This document shows positions 36,110-49,567 of a stretch of DNA of 64,000 nt, in pieces. Every line of letters begins with the position of its first letter. The stretch's first letter is position 1. Source of the stretch: Octopus bimaculoides (lineage: Eukaryota); contig NC_068992.1 of the NCBI RefSeq assembly GCF_001194135.2, positions 55,986,027-56,050,026 of the forward strand, read 5' to 3'. The position numbers were made by a program, and so were the translations under genes. The notes under the pieces are model-generated. The model had not been told where the DNA came from. It made no database searches and saw only the letters and a program-made list of their open reading frames with translations.

Positions 36110-36860
36110 GTTCAGATAAACAGGTAGAGGCAAAGAAAGAAAGAAAAAAAGAAGGAAGCAGAGTATTGAGAAAGAGACAGGTATGGCATTGAGAAACAGA
36201 GAAGTGGTGAGAAGAAACAGGATGGACATCGAATGTTAGAGAGGGGGGGGCAGAGAAGGTATTGAGAGGGGGAGAAGGGGGGGGAAGAAGAAAGAGACAA
36301 GGAAGGCTTTAAAAGATGACTAGAGAGATGAGACAGGGAAAGCATTGAGAGATAGACTGAGACATAGAAGAAACACTGAAGGTAATGAGACAGAAAGAGA
36401 AAAAGGGACAAAAAACAGATGGAGACAGAGAGGGCATTGAGAGATAGAGAGAAGAGACAGGGAAGGTTTTAAGAGACAGAAGAGGGCATTGAAAGATAGA
36501 TTGAGAGACAGAAGGAACACTGAAGGTAATGAGACAGAAAGAGAAAAACAGAGAGGGCATCAGGAAATAGACGGAGACAAAGAGGATACTGAAAGATAGA
36601 GAAGGGGACAGAGAGAAGAGACAGAAAGGGCATTGAGGAATAGAGAAGGGGACAGAGAGAAGAGACTGAAAGGGCATTGAGGAATAGAGAAGGGGGACAA
36701 AGGGAAGAGACAGTAAAAGCTTTAAGAGACAGAGAATTACAGAGAAGAGATAGAGAAGGCATCGAGAGAAAGATTGGCGCATTGAGAGACTGCTAGATAG
36801 ATAATGGCATACAGAGAAAAAAGAAGAGGGAAAAACATGGACAAAGAAAGACGAAGGAAT
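36110..36860 (+). repeat. Purine-rich compound tandem repeat filling the DCAF12 intron 36045-36917
   Basis: Recurrent gagggcattga, cactgaaggtaatgagacagaaagagaaaa and gaagagacag units. Confidence 0.8.
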
Positions 36861-36917
36861 GATGCGTCAGAAAAATGTTCTTTTGTCTGGATATAAGTGG
36901 AGGAGCAGACAAATTAC

Positions 36918-37078
36918 CTGTCGTCCTTTACAGTAAGCAAATGACCGGATTTTCTCAGCTGAACCGCATCTTTTGATACATTCGGGTGAAATATGGGAAT
37001 AGCGAGGTGGTAATGTATTGTACATGTCTGTATTTTGTTCCTTTATCTTCCATATAGCAATCGTGCTGTCTTTGGAAC
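36918..37078 (-). CDS. DCAF12: DCAF12 coding exon 4 (SKDSTIAIWKI...KIRSFAYCKGRQ)
   Basis: Completes the WD repeat (GSKD...IW); tgtgtag / GTAATT; 161 nt restores phase 0. Confidence 0.93.
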
Positions 37079-38563
37079 CTACACAAAGGAGAGAAAAAGA
37101 AAAAAAAGAAAACATTCAAATATTCAAATACATAAATTATAATCTGGTTTACAGAGAAACTGAGGTGAACATAAAAATAGTAGTTCTAACCTAACTTTGA
37201 GGTGCTAATTTCACATACAAAACCAGTTTTCACTCATCACCTCCAGTTTTTTTTAGTTATACGTTATGATTTTGCGACAATTCACGAAACCATATATATG
37301 ATCAATTTATACTTTGTTTTCCAGATTTTTATGATACATATCTCTACAATGGTTTCAGGCACTTCAAAACACTGAGGATGCATCAACAAGGCAAATTCAT
37401 TCTGCTATACGTGTTGGCCCAAGACTACAGTTAAGGATGCTTGCTCAAGGTGTCACAATGGAACTGAACCCAGAACAGTGTAGTTAGGAAGCAAACATCT
37501 TACCACACAAGCAAGCCTGCACCTATTTTGTTCATTCTGAATATAAAAAAGAAACAAAGTGGGCATACATGTGTGTGTGTGTTTGTGGGGGGTGTTGTGT
37601 GTGTGTAATGAAGTGTTAGCAGGACTAAAGCCAACCCAAGCTAAGGCTGAGAAATCAATGAGCTTTTGTCCAAATCCATCACATTCCCTCTTTTGTGGTT
37701 TCTCTCTCAGATGGAACAGATATATAGTAATAATACATGAAGAGGTGTGTGTGTGTGTATGTATATAAAAGATGATAAAATAGCAAAAAATAAAGAAGTG
37801 AATATGCTGGTCATGTGATTGGTGCTGAAAGCATTCACAAACAATAGCAGCCAGAGAAAAGGCAAAGATAAAAAACAAAAATTATATAAACAAGTAAACT
37901 ATTTCGATAAAATACAAATTCTGTGTAGTTCAACAGATATCCATAATAAAGGTATGAGACATGCTGTTGATGCTGTTGTTTTGGTACCGGCTATTTGGCG
38001 TCGTTGATTCAATTGAGACTTATCTGACATGGGATGTTTTAATGTTACTCTCATCCAACTCTCCTGTCATCCATATCTCTCTCTGCTTATGTATGTGTGC
38101 ATATTTTTCGTTAAATGCTTAAAGCAGATGACATCAAGCTAGCAATGAGTTAACCTTTTTGTTACCATATTTCTCTTGAAATGCTCCGCCATTGTTTCAG
38201 TTAATTTTTCAACTAATGAAGAATTTATCTTTTATTTTTAGCCCTGTTTCAGTCATTAGACTGCAGCCATGTTGGGGCACCACCTCTAAGAATTTTTTTT
38301 TTTAGGCAAATAAATCAACCCTAGTACTTATTTTTTGTTTAAGCCTGTTACTTATTCTATCAGTCTCTTTTGTCGAACTGCTAAGTTACAAGGATGTAAA
38401 CACACAAACGTGTGTGTGTGTGTGTGTTTCAGTTAACCAAATCCACTCACAAGGCTTTGGTCGGCCAAGTCTATAGACACTTGCCCAAGGTGACACACAG
38501 TAGGACTGAACCCAAACCATCTCTTTCTCACCCTTCCTATCTGTATGTGTATATTTCTGTGTG

Positions 38564-38940
38564 TGGAGGCGCAATGGCCCAGTGGTTAGGGCAACGGACT
38601 CGCGGTCATAGTTTCGATTCCCAGACTGGGCGTTGTGAGTGTTTATTGAGCGAAAACACCTAAAGCTCCATGAGGCTCCGGCAGGAGATGGTGGTGAACC
38701 CTGCTGTACTCTTTCACCACAACTTTCTCTCATTCTTACTTCCTGTTTCTGTTGTGCCTGTAATTCAAAGGGTCAGCCTTGTCACACTGTCACGCTGAAT
38801 ATCCCCGAGAACTACGTTAAAGATACATGTGTCTGTGGAGTGCTCAGCCACTTGCACGTTAATTTCACGAGCAGGCTGTTCCGTTGATTGGATCAACTGG
38901 AACTCTCAACGTTGTAAGCGACGGAGTGCCAACAACAACA
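38564..38940 (+). mobile_element. tRNA-derived SINE family 1
   Basis: Colinear with 8484-8852. Confidence 0.85.
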
Positions 38941-39273
38941 ATATCTGTGTGTATGTGTATGCATCTCACTATCACTTGACAACCAGTGTTGGTTTGTTTA
39001 CATCCCTGTAACTTAGTGGTTAGACCAGTGGAGTAAGTACTAAACTTCAGAATAGAAAAAAAAGTTCTGGGGGCAGGGAGTTAACTTGTCTGACTAGAAT
39101 CCTTCAAAGTGGAGCCCCAGCATGGCCACAGTCCAACAACTGAAACTAGTAAAAGAAAAGATATGCAATGTGTGAAAAAAAATAAAAACAAAAGAACATG
39201 ATGGTCAATAGCTGGAATGCTTTTTATCATAATTGCAACCTAGGGCTAAATGAAACAGCATTGCTCTACTAAC

Positions 39274-39334
39274 CTGTTACTATTGTGTCATCTGTCAACC
39301 AAGTCATATCATAGATCCAGTCCTTATGAGCCAG
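39274..39334 (-). CDS. DCAF12: DCAF12 coding exon 3 (LAHKDWIYDMTWLTDDTIVTG)
   Basis: Hand translation; WD40 H.DWI...W motif; ctcattag / GTTAGT; 61 nt, phase 1. Confidence 0.93.
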
Positions 39335-39739
39335 CTAATGAGAAAAAACAAAAACAAGAAAAACATAAAATAGTAAAATAAAATATGCATTTATGTTGTT
39401 GCATTTCTGCAGTATTGCACATTGTTGAACAGCAATGCAATGCTATTGTGTTTTCATTGTATTGCAGTGGTGCATTGACGAAAAAAATTAGGAACAGTAA
39501 CAACTTTTGCATGATGTGGCTGATATTTCTAAGGAAAAAGTTACAACAGCAGAGGAGATTAACTTCACAATCTTAAAAAAACATCTCAAGGCAACAGCCA
39601 TTTGTCATCCTAGAACTAATCTCATCATATACCTGACCATTAATCCTTTCATTACCATATTCTTATTAACGTACATTGAACATAAATTAACACGAAATTT
39701 TAAAAATAATAAAGAATTTAGTAAAAATAACTGTCATCA

Positions 39740-40140
39740 TTAAATTGACGGTGACACGTAAAATACACCATTTCGAGCGTGGCCGTTGATCGTTACCAAT
39801 GTCGCCATCCTGGCACTTGTGCCAGTGGCATGTGAAAAGACATTCGAGTGAGATCGTTGCCAGTGCCGATGGACTGGCTCCTGTGCAGGTGGCACGTAAA
39901 ATACACCATTTCGAGTGTGACCGTCGCCAGTACCGCCTGACTGGCCCTCGTGCCGGTGGCATGTAAAAGCACCCACTACACTTTCGGAGTGGTTGGCGTT
40001 AGGAAGGGCATCCAGCTGTAGAAGCTCTGCCAAATCAGACTGGAGCCTGGTGTAGCCATCTGGTTTCACCAGTCCTCAGTCAAATCGTCCAACCCATGCT
40101 AGCATGGAAAGCGGATGTTAAATGACGACGATGATGACGA
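39740..40140 (-). mobile_element. Repeat family 4 ((cat)n-ttaacgtccgctttccatgctagcatgggttggacg...) with a 66-bp VNTR tail
   Basis: Copies at 5905-6010, 9985-10260, 11925-12140, 15680-16222, 16500-16600(-), 24130-24425(-) and 28600-28780. Confidence 0.8.
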
Positions 40141-41399
40141 TATTAACATGAAATTTTGATGGGAGGTTTTAATTTAGATCTCTTTAATCCTTTTTCTACC
40201 ATATTCCTACTGAAAAATATCAACTTTCTTTCATTTGATTTTGACAATAATGAAGAATGTAGAATAACTTTCCTGTTAACGAAGCTGGAGTTTGGCGCAT
40301 AAATTAACACGCTTTTGACATATTTTGGAGAAAGGAATGTAAGAACCACCTTAATAATAATAATAATGATTTCTTTATTAACCACAAGGGTTTACATTAA
40401 GAAAAAAGCATTATGGGCAGTACAGGACAAAACAAAGAATGTGTGTGTGTATGTGTGTTGTTGTGAGGGTTTTGTGTGTACACAAGACTAACAAAGTTTT
40501 AAAAAATCAACAATGTATAATAATAATAATCCTTTCTACTATTGATGATACAAGGCCTGAAATTTGGAGGGGGCTGGTTGATTATATCAACTGCAGTGTT
40601 CATCTGGTACCTATTTCATTGATCCCAAAAGGATGAAAGGTAATAAAGATAATCCTTTCCACTATAGGCACAAGGCCTGACATTTTGGGGAGGAAGGGAA
40701 TAATAAATTATATCAACCCCAGTGTTTCAGTGATACTTAATTTATCAACCCCCCAAAAGGATGAAAGGCAAAGTTGATCTCAGCAGAATTTGAACTCAGA
40801 ACATAGAAATGGGTGAAATACCACTAAGCATTTTGTCCGGTATGCTAATGATTCTGCCAGCTCACTGCCTTAATAATATTAATAATAATAATAATATTAA
40901 TAATAATAATAATAGTAACACTAACAATAATAATCCCCTTTTAATATAGGAACGAGGCCTGAAATTTTAAGGGAAGGGGACAAGTTAATTACATTGACTC
41001 TACAGGTAATTATTTTATTAGTCTCTAAATGATGAAAGGCAAAGTTAACCATGGTGGAATTTGAACTCAGAACGTTAAGACGGATGAAATGCTGCTTAGC
41101 ATTTGTCCAACATGATAACAATTCTGCCAGCTTCACCACAATAATAATAATAATATAATCTCTAACCAAGGCACATGACTTCAAATTTGAGGGAAGGATA
41201 CTTTATTTTATTGAGCCAGGAAGGATTAAAAGTTTAGTCAGTGTTGTTGAGATTTGAACTCAAAACATAAATGACAATAACTAGATGCCACTTAATGACA
41301 ACTAAATAACATTCAATTAAATGCCGCTCGGTAACGACTAAAATCTACTTAACCGTCAACAATCCATCATCCTCAACAATAAAAAAACAAGATACTCAC

Positions 41400-41606
41400 T
41401 TCTCCAACGCAAAGCGGATCGAATGTTGGCAGCTTGTATATAGCAAGGTCATTTGTTGTCTCTGCTCCAGTTGCTAAATATGTCCGTGAAGGGTTGATTT
41501 CAATGCTGTGGATACCGCAGGAGTCAGGAGCAGCAGCACATGATGAGCTGCTCTTCAGTGATGGGATGTCAAACATGCGTCCAGTCACCACATCTAGTAC
41601 AATTAA
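41400..41606 (-). CDS. DCAF12: DCAF12 coding exon 2 (LIVLDVVTG...CGIHSIEINPSRTYLATG...LPTFDPLCVGE)
   Basis: GIH.IE.NPSRT.LATG motif; ttttgtcag / GTGAGT; 207 nt. Confidence 0.96.
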
Positions 41607-43273
41607 CTGACAAAAAGGGAAGAAAGCTAGATATCATAAAAAGCGACGAGATGTTTCAGGTGCCTGGGTGGCAGTAACAGCATCCCTGCTTCATAGAGAG
41701 AGAGAAAGAGAGAGAGAGAAAGAAAGAAATAGAGAGATATGTAAATATGTTCAGAATAGTTAGCACAGTTTGTTGTTGTCTGCAACTGGGGTAACCAGTG
41801 AAATGGCAATCTATAAAAACAAGGAAATTTAGGATATTAACATCAAATCCAAACAGACATAACATCACAACACAGTCAACCCAAAATGTTTGTTATTGTT
41901 GTCATAAGAAAATTCTCTTGAGACATCATTCCAATTGTTGTTGGTTTTACAAGACAAAAATGGAATAAACATTTTCTTTTCAAGTGCATCAATGACAACG
42001 ATATATTTTTAATAAAATTGAAATTACAACAATTTCCGGAGAAAGAGAGAGATAGAGGGACAGACATAGAAAATAGATTAAAAGACAACGAACATATTTT
42101 ATCATGTTATATATACGTGTGTTTGTGTCTGTGTCCTTATATATATAATTGTGTTATGCAATGTATATACCAAATGATGGCAAATTGTTTGTTCTAGTTC
42201 TCTGCTTCCTGTGTTCAAATCCTCTTGAAGTCAACTTTGCACTTTATCCTTTTTAGGGTTGATAGAATAAGTGGCGGTCCAGGGTGGTTGATTAATTGAT
42301 TAATTAGCATGTGGGACGAGACAAGTCACAGCATCATCTGTTTTGGTTTTTTGCAATCCAAGTCCAAATTCTGTCCTTCACATGATAGCAGTAGGCATCA
42401 GGGTAGACTGTAACAGGCTGTGGTGCTATGCATCTTTCTACATATGGACAGATCTATGGGATCCCAAGAAATGTAACTTTTCGAAGACCAAATACTGTGG
42501 TTCTTTCTCCATACCACACCAAATTCTTTAGCAATTGGGCACAAAGTTTCAGAGACATTAGGAAGATCCTCAACCCCTCAACCAGGCAGTTAACTTATTT
42601 GTGCATGGGAGTACGCATATGTGTATATGTATGTGTATTTGAGGCCTTATGCTTCCAGTAGAAAGGTATATATATATTATGGCAAAATCATTTATATAGA
42701 TTTATGTGCCTTTATATTTAGATTCAACAATCCAACATAACATATGACATCGGTAGGCTTATACTTAAAATAGGTAGCAGATTTCTATCAATGTTACATT
42801 TTTTTGTGTAGTTTTACAAGAAAACAAAAACAAACCCAAAACATACACACAAAGGTTACTTAACAACAAATCTTCATAAGTTGGTACCAATGTATATCAC
42901 ATACATATAGAGAGAAATATAGTTTTAAAAAAGACAAAAAAGAAATTCAAGGTTATAAAATAAATTGTTTTATTTCGTTGAATTGAAAAGAAAATTTCAA
43001 ACTTTGTTTCATATGTAGTACATTAAAAATTCATTCTTTGTGTTCCCATTCTAAAAATTCAATAATCAACAATATCAGTATTTATAATTACTGTCACAAA
43101 ATTTCCTTTGATAGTGTGTAGACCATGTTCCTTTTAGACAGACCTCTCATATTTAATAAAGTGTTGAACACTAATGGTATGCCAATTGGTTGTTTCAGTT
43201 CTCAGAAGCTATTAGATTTGATGTACTTATAAACAGACCAGCTACTAGTTTCTCTGGGAATGCTCATGTGGTG

Positions 43274-43327
43274 TAAACATCTCTGATGAGACCTCAATAA
43301 GTATCGAAAATTGATTAAAGTTGTTTG
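43274..43327 (+). ncRNA. Degenerate hammerhead-like motif (HH-C)
   Basis: CUGAUGA 43283-43289, weak stem II, GAAA 43306-43309, self-complementary AAUUGAUU, UUA site; stem I has 8 of 9 pairs with one extra nt. Confidence 0.4.
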
Positions 43328-45019
43328 TCGTTTTTCTTTTTTTTCTGTCAATCTACAGAGAAATAGGTAAATTTGACATGCCCTGTATGTCTACTTTATA
43401 AGTTTACATACATCTACTGAACATAGATTTAGCTTCAGTGTGTAAATACAGCCTTTAGTTGAATTATAGAGCTCTGCCTGCAAGATGGTTTGAAGGAATA
43501 ACTCAATTAGATTTGTCTGTCTTTATGGAAAAGCCCTGTAGTTTAACAAATGCATGTTTTTGTAAATGTACACAGATAAATATATTTACTGTTCATTCAC
43601 AAGTATGCTGTCTTTGTAGTTTAATTAATATGCATCAGTAATGAATGTACTGATATGCAAATGAGTTAATGTTGTGACTGTTGTTCATGGTGTAATTTAT
43701 TCACAAGATGCTGCAAACGAAGCTCTCTGCTAATGCAAAGCAAAGGAAGAAAACACTCCTGGTGAATTTGTAATGACTACTTTTATTCCACAATTTGTTT
43801 CGCAGAGAGAGAGAGCTGTATAGCCACCTTAGATCTCATGGCTATTGTGTTCCATTCTTTATTCAACAGTAACTGATGCTTGTAGTTAATCCAATTATGC
43901 TTGATTTTTGTCGTTCTCTCCATGACAAAGATATGATTATGCCATCATCTGCTTCGTCTTATTTCTTCCTTGATACTCTAGCTTAGCAGAGGAGTAAATT
44001 GATCAAACATACCTCTTCCAATCGTTCATATATATTAGTTAATAGTCAACAGACTACCTCTTATCCTTCATATTAAGGATATCTGCATGTATAAGTGTGG
44101 TCATGTATGTGCATGTGCATGAATAGAGGACTTCTGCCAAAAAACAGACTATGCCCATATAGACCCTGATGAGTGTTAGCAGTGTTAAAACCTTGACGCA
44201 TTCATTGAGATCATGGCAACTACAGGTGAACAGTTTTCCACTTGTTTAATCTATAAGAATAACCTCATTACCCATTAATGTCTTTTAGTTACTGAAGACC
44301 ACGGTTGCTAGGTAAAGGAAGATATCAGTAAATTGAAAGAAACCTAAGAAAGTACTCCAGTTCAAAACTGACAGAAATGTATTATTTGATACATTGGTTA
44401 ACAGAGAAACCATTTTATAACTTCAGCCAGTTACTGCAGCAGATCAAATCCTGCTAACTGCCCTCTAAATTATGAAGGCAATTTTAACCTAGCTACAAAT
44501 TAGATAAATATTTCAGTCAGCAATCGAAATAACAGCCAAATCTCCCTTAAATTGTATTGTACTATCTTTAATAAGAAAAGACATGTTAGATAATGTAGTC
44601 CTGCATATCCCTGAAAAACGACAAGATGATCACAGTCACAAATGAAATGGTTTTGATCACACATCTGCTTAATCAAGGTTGACCAGGAGCCAAACAACAT
44701 AGATAGCCATTTGTATCTGATCAGTAGTGAGTTGCATTTTTTTTTTAGAGTTAACTGGATGCAAATTGTTGAGAATATTTTTACAGACTAATACATTAAT
44801 TTTACTAAATTCTACATTTTCACCAAAATTAACTGAACCAAAAGTAGTGTATTTCAACAGAGATATGGTGACAAAAGAGATCCATGAGTTTCTCTCAACC
44901 AGGTTCATTGCTGCTCAAAAGCAAGCACAACTAACTGATGAGGATAGGCTAATACACCTCGCATGATGCAGTGAGTCGCGTGCAGCCATGGGACTGCCCA
45001 AAAAGTTGCCAGTCAGCAA

Positions 45020-45135
45020 CAAGCATCGGCAACCTACCTGACCCGTCTTGAAACATGGACTGAGGAGTCCCAGTCAAGTGCATGTCATTGGAGCCTTTCA
45101 CTTCGCAAACTCCAACAGCACAGGGAAAGCGAAAA
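45020..45135 (+). pseudogene. Decayed 28S rDNA fragment
   Basis: GACCCGTCTTGAAACATGGACTGAGGAGTC (45040-45069) resembles the conserved LSU motif GACCCGTCTTGAAACACGGACCAAGGAGTC; the flanks are LSU-like but diverged. Confidence 0.7.
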
Positions 45136-45990
45136 TGTGAAATGCCATCACATTCATGTTACTCTCACTCCAGCAGGGGATGGCACAATGCGCAATGCTT
45201 TAAAACATTGTTCCCTGGCTTGGATTAGCAAGAGCATCACAGTCCAAACCAATGTTTATTTTAAGTTACTACCCTCCAAGACAGATTGGAAAAATATGTC
45301 TCACATGTTTTATTTTGACATTGCTTCTATGGCAAAGTGTCCTTCCTAACACTGAACACTTTATGACTCTTAAAATTCACTTCTGCTAATTAACAAATTG
45401 CAGTCTTCTGTAACAAAGTACTTCCCATATATATATATTAGGTCCAAAATTGGTAAATTGTTCCAGGCATTCATTTAGAAATTGGATTGGTTTACCACCT
45501 TGAAAATTTAAGCAACACAACAAATCTGTCATTTTATTATTATTATTTGTTGGGGTGGGGATTAAACCAATTCTTAGCTATCTCTTACAGGAGGCAACTA
45601 CACCATTCTAGATACTTACCTCAATCTTCATTACTAAATCTCAGGAAGAGAATATTCTTGTCCGAGTGTTCCAAGTCAGTTTTGAGAATTTAAATATGAA
45701 AACAAAATGGTTGTAAAATAACCCTGAAACGGTTTCTTTCTGAGATTAGTTGCTTGAATAATACTTCAGAATATGCTGCAATCTCCAATTTATATATATA
45801 ATTTCATATTACAGTGTGTGTGTGTGTGTATGTGAGAGAGAGAGAGAGATGATTTTTATCAAATGAGTTTATCAAGGAAGGAGGGGCAATGCCAATGATG
45901 TTTCACAGGCTCAATAGAATGATGAAAGATAGTTACCCTCAGATCGTCAAACAAGTGACGTGGCCTGAAAGCATGCAACAGGATGAACAC

Positions 45991-46215
45991 TTAACTCTTT
46001 AGCATTCAAATTACTCTCTCAAACATAATGCTTATTTAATTCAGTGTTTTGAATTAACCAAGCATCATCTTGTAGCTTCAAGATTTTGATGATGCAATTG
46101 TTATACTTTTAAGATGACATTGTAGGATAGGTGTGAGAAGTATGATCTGATCAATTTGAACACAAGAAGGTAATATTAGGGTTGGATATAGCTGGTTTAA
46201 ATGCTAAAGGTTTAA
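45991..46215. mobile_element. TTAA-type MITE
   Basis: ttaactctttagcatt ... aatgctaaaggtttaa. Confidence 0.7.
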
Positions 46216-47787
46216 ATGCACCTATGTGTCAGGTGAGGGTGTTTAATGGAGTGATGGATTAAGCTAAATGATCCAACTTCTACAGATGCAAAGTGCTGTA
46301 CAGTGGCAGTATGAAAGCTTGTTTCGAAGTTACAGGCTCATGAGACTGGAGTTAATATCCAAGTTTCTAAAGCATTTAGTAATTGAGAGTACATAACCCT
46401 CTCCCTGAATGGGACACCAGTGCACAACGGTGTTAACCTCTTGCTACCACTAGAACTTATATTTTCAACTGAGTCAACTGAAGCAATGTAAAATGAAGTG
46501 GTTTGTTCAGCAACGGAACAAGCCACTTGGTTCAAGAAGGAAACCAAAGACTCAAAGGTCATAAACTTGACATCCGAAACCAGGTGTGGGCAAATTTCTT
46601 TGAGTAGTGAGCTGCATGAGACATGGCTTATCAACAGGTAAAACAATTAAAAGGTAATTTTTTTTATTAGGTGTGCCATTGAGAAAGTACCATGGATTGT
46701 AGGTTGCCCAAGACTGTCCTAAACTTTAGATTATGCACTTTTGGTGGTAAAAAAAAAAGGAAAAAAAAAAGCAACGAAAAAAAATACACTAGATGACCTA
46801 CTGCAAAATCAAGATGTTACATCTACTGCAGTACACTCTGTTCATCCAACTGTATCAAATACTGTCTGCTATTTGTATAGGAGGAGACATCAACCCACAG
46901 TTAGTTCTATTTGATTGTCGTGCTCAGCCAGCTGTGTTGCTGAATTATGTCAGATATATATCACCTGATATGTATGTATGTGCATGTGCGTATACATTTA
47001 TCAGACATTTAGACCATTTCAAATATATTTGGGACACGTTTTATCTCAACAAAGGCCATATACACTTCTGTTTGTGATTGAGAAAAATTCTCGCTTTCGG
47101 CAATAAGGTAATGAAAGATACCAACAGTTATTTCATGGCACCCTCTAGTGGAATGGTGAATACATTTCTAACTATCTGGCTATCTTTAGCATGGTGTACT
47201 ACAAGAGTGTGGAGGCATAATGGCCCCCTTTGGTCATGACTGACCATGGACTTACACCTAGAAAGTTACCTTCCAAGGTGCAAGTCCGGGCAAGGTTGTC
47301 TATGGAAGACCAGCAGTCACCCATGCAGACCAGCCTCCCCTCTCCACGCCACTGATTTTATCCGAGGGAAAGGCAAAGGCTGATACAGCTTGGCACCAGT
47401 GATGTCGCAACTCATTTCTACAGCTGAGTGAACTGGACCAATGTGAAATAAAGTGTCTTGCTCAAGAACACAACACACAGCCTGGTCCAGGAATCAAACT
47501 CACTACCTCGTGATTGTGAGCCCGATGCTCTAACCACTGAGCCATGCACCTTCGCAAGAGTGACAATCTTGGAATTAATCTAGAAGTCTTCATTTCCTTA
47601 TAAAAAATCAGTATCAAAATATGAACTGATTACATTTGATGCCAGCCTAGGTGTCTACTACAATATATATTAATATTTGTTTTTATGCCAAGTTATGTAT
47701 ATGTGAACAATTTAATACTAGACTGAAGAATTACTCAATATCTTTTAGTCGAATATGTGTTTATTGGACTTATACTAGAAGATTGAT

Positions 47788-47830
47788 GGTGACACCAAAG
47801 TTTCAGCTTGCTAGCCTTCATCAGACTGTG
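47788..47830 (-). ncRNA. Degenerate hammerhead-like motif (HH-D)
   Basis: CUGAUGA-A-GGCU(AGCA)AGCU-GAAAC core is intact (plus 47800-47824); stems I and III are poorly paired. Confidence 0.35.
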
Positions 47831-48026
47831 CTATACTTGGAGTCTTAATTATATACAGTTTTTGACAGGTTATTTTTCTGAAGTAGGTGAAGCTATGTCA
47901 CTCTTGTAAAAGTTTAATAAACATGTACTCCACTAAAAAGTGTTGCATAATACTTCAGTCTAATGTTAAATTGTTTTCATATATAACTTGTCATACATGT
48001 GTGTGTGTATGTGTGTATATATATAA

Positions 48027-48057
<31 letters not shown>

Positions 48058-49567
48058 TGAAGAAGCTTGCTTTGCAACCATGGTGATCTGGGTTCAATCC
48101 TAATGTGCAGCACCTTGGTCAAGTGTCTTCTATCAAAACTGTAACTCAACAAGTACATTATGAATGGAATTCAGTTGACAGAAATCATGCTGAAACTTGT
48201 TGCATGTGTATGTATCATCATTGCTATTATTTTCATGTCTGCTTTCCTTGCTGGCATGTGTTGGAAGGGCTATCACAAGTTAATACTCATTCAGAGTTAC
48301 TGCCCTCCTAAATGAAATAAAAGACCATGCCTTGCTCATAAGTTCCATTTTTGGTATGGTTTCATAGGCTGGATGCCCTTACTAACATCAGCAACATTAC
48401 TGAGTATGCTGAGTACATTTATTGTGGTACCAACAAAAGAGAAACCGTTATACTCTCAGCTAGACTTAAGGCTGGCCGACAGCATGAGAAGACACCCAAC
48501 ACTGCATCTGCTCATTTGCCTTCCACTTTATTGAGTGTACAGGGTTATTTTAGATTGGAATCAAAAGATATCAGATGGCCTTATGCTCCACTAAGCAAAA
48601 TGTCCTCACTTCCTATGTCTCTCTCTCTCTCTCTACAAGGCAACATGCCTCAAAGAACAAACAGTAAATGAGAGAAGAATTAAGGTGAGTGGATGAAGAG
48701 AGCAAGCCTATGAAGAGAGAAACATATAGGAGGGGTTCTGGAAAGTGTGTGCGTGTGCAGACAGACAGATAGATAGATAGATGTATAAGTGTCTAAGTAT
48801 GACTGTAGTTTTTATCAACATAATGTAACTCAAGAATCTAAGGAGCGGAGTGAAAAGCCATTGAAAACCCAGAATTTTTTTTCTTTTAACAAAGTCCTTT
48901 GTGATATTTGTTCTGCACTGGGTTATACCAATACTCCCTTGTTGCGTCTGCTGTCTGAAATGCAGTGAACCACTTATTGGCTCCATTGGAAACCTGTAAT
49001 TGATGATGTTGTTTGTTTGTCAATTGTGATGTAAAATAAATTTTAAAAAATAAATGCACATGGCCAGTTATGACAAAATTACATTAACTATGAACAAATA
49101 TATCTGTACAAAACATTTTCTTTTCTCGGATTTAAATCATGTGACCAGATCTGGAAAATCCATTTGGAATCAGCAAGCATATAGAAATGCAGGAATTTCA
49201 ACAGAGATCAGTGAGAAGCATAACAACAAAAATAATAATAATAATTGTTTCTAATTTAGGTATGGTGGGGATGGTGCAAATTTAGGGAGAGGGGGAGTTG
49301 GTTGATTAAAATCAACCCCAGTACTTGACTGGTACTTTATTTTATCAACCATACCAGAGGGATGACAGGCAAAAGTCAACCTTTGTGGGATTTGAACTCA
49401 GAACATGAAGGTCAGAACTACAAAATAATAATAATTTCCTGCATAAGAACATGGCCACAAATTTGGGCAGGAGGGATTTCCCTTTACCCTAAGTAGATAA
49501 ATCTTTTGCCTTTTACGAAATAACGAGAATAATAAAAAAAAAAAAAGAAAATTAAAGAATCTCTTAC

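Noticed and set aside
44727-44966. Plus-strand ORFs nested in DCAF12 introns (also 57498-57686)
   Set aside because: Short, with no recognisable motif or splice partners.
46305-46350. Hammerhead-like CUCAUGA...GAAAC on the minus strand
   Set aside because: G5 is mutated, stem II is unpaired and there are no inverted arms.
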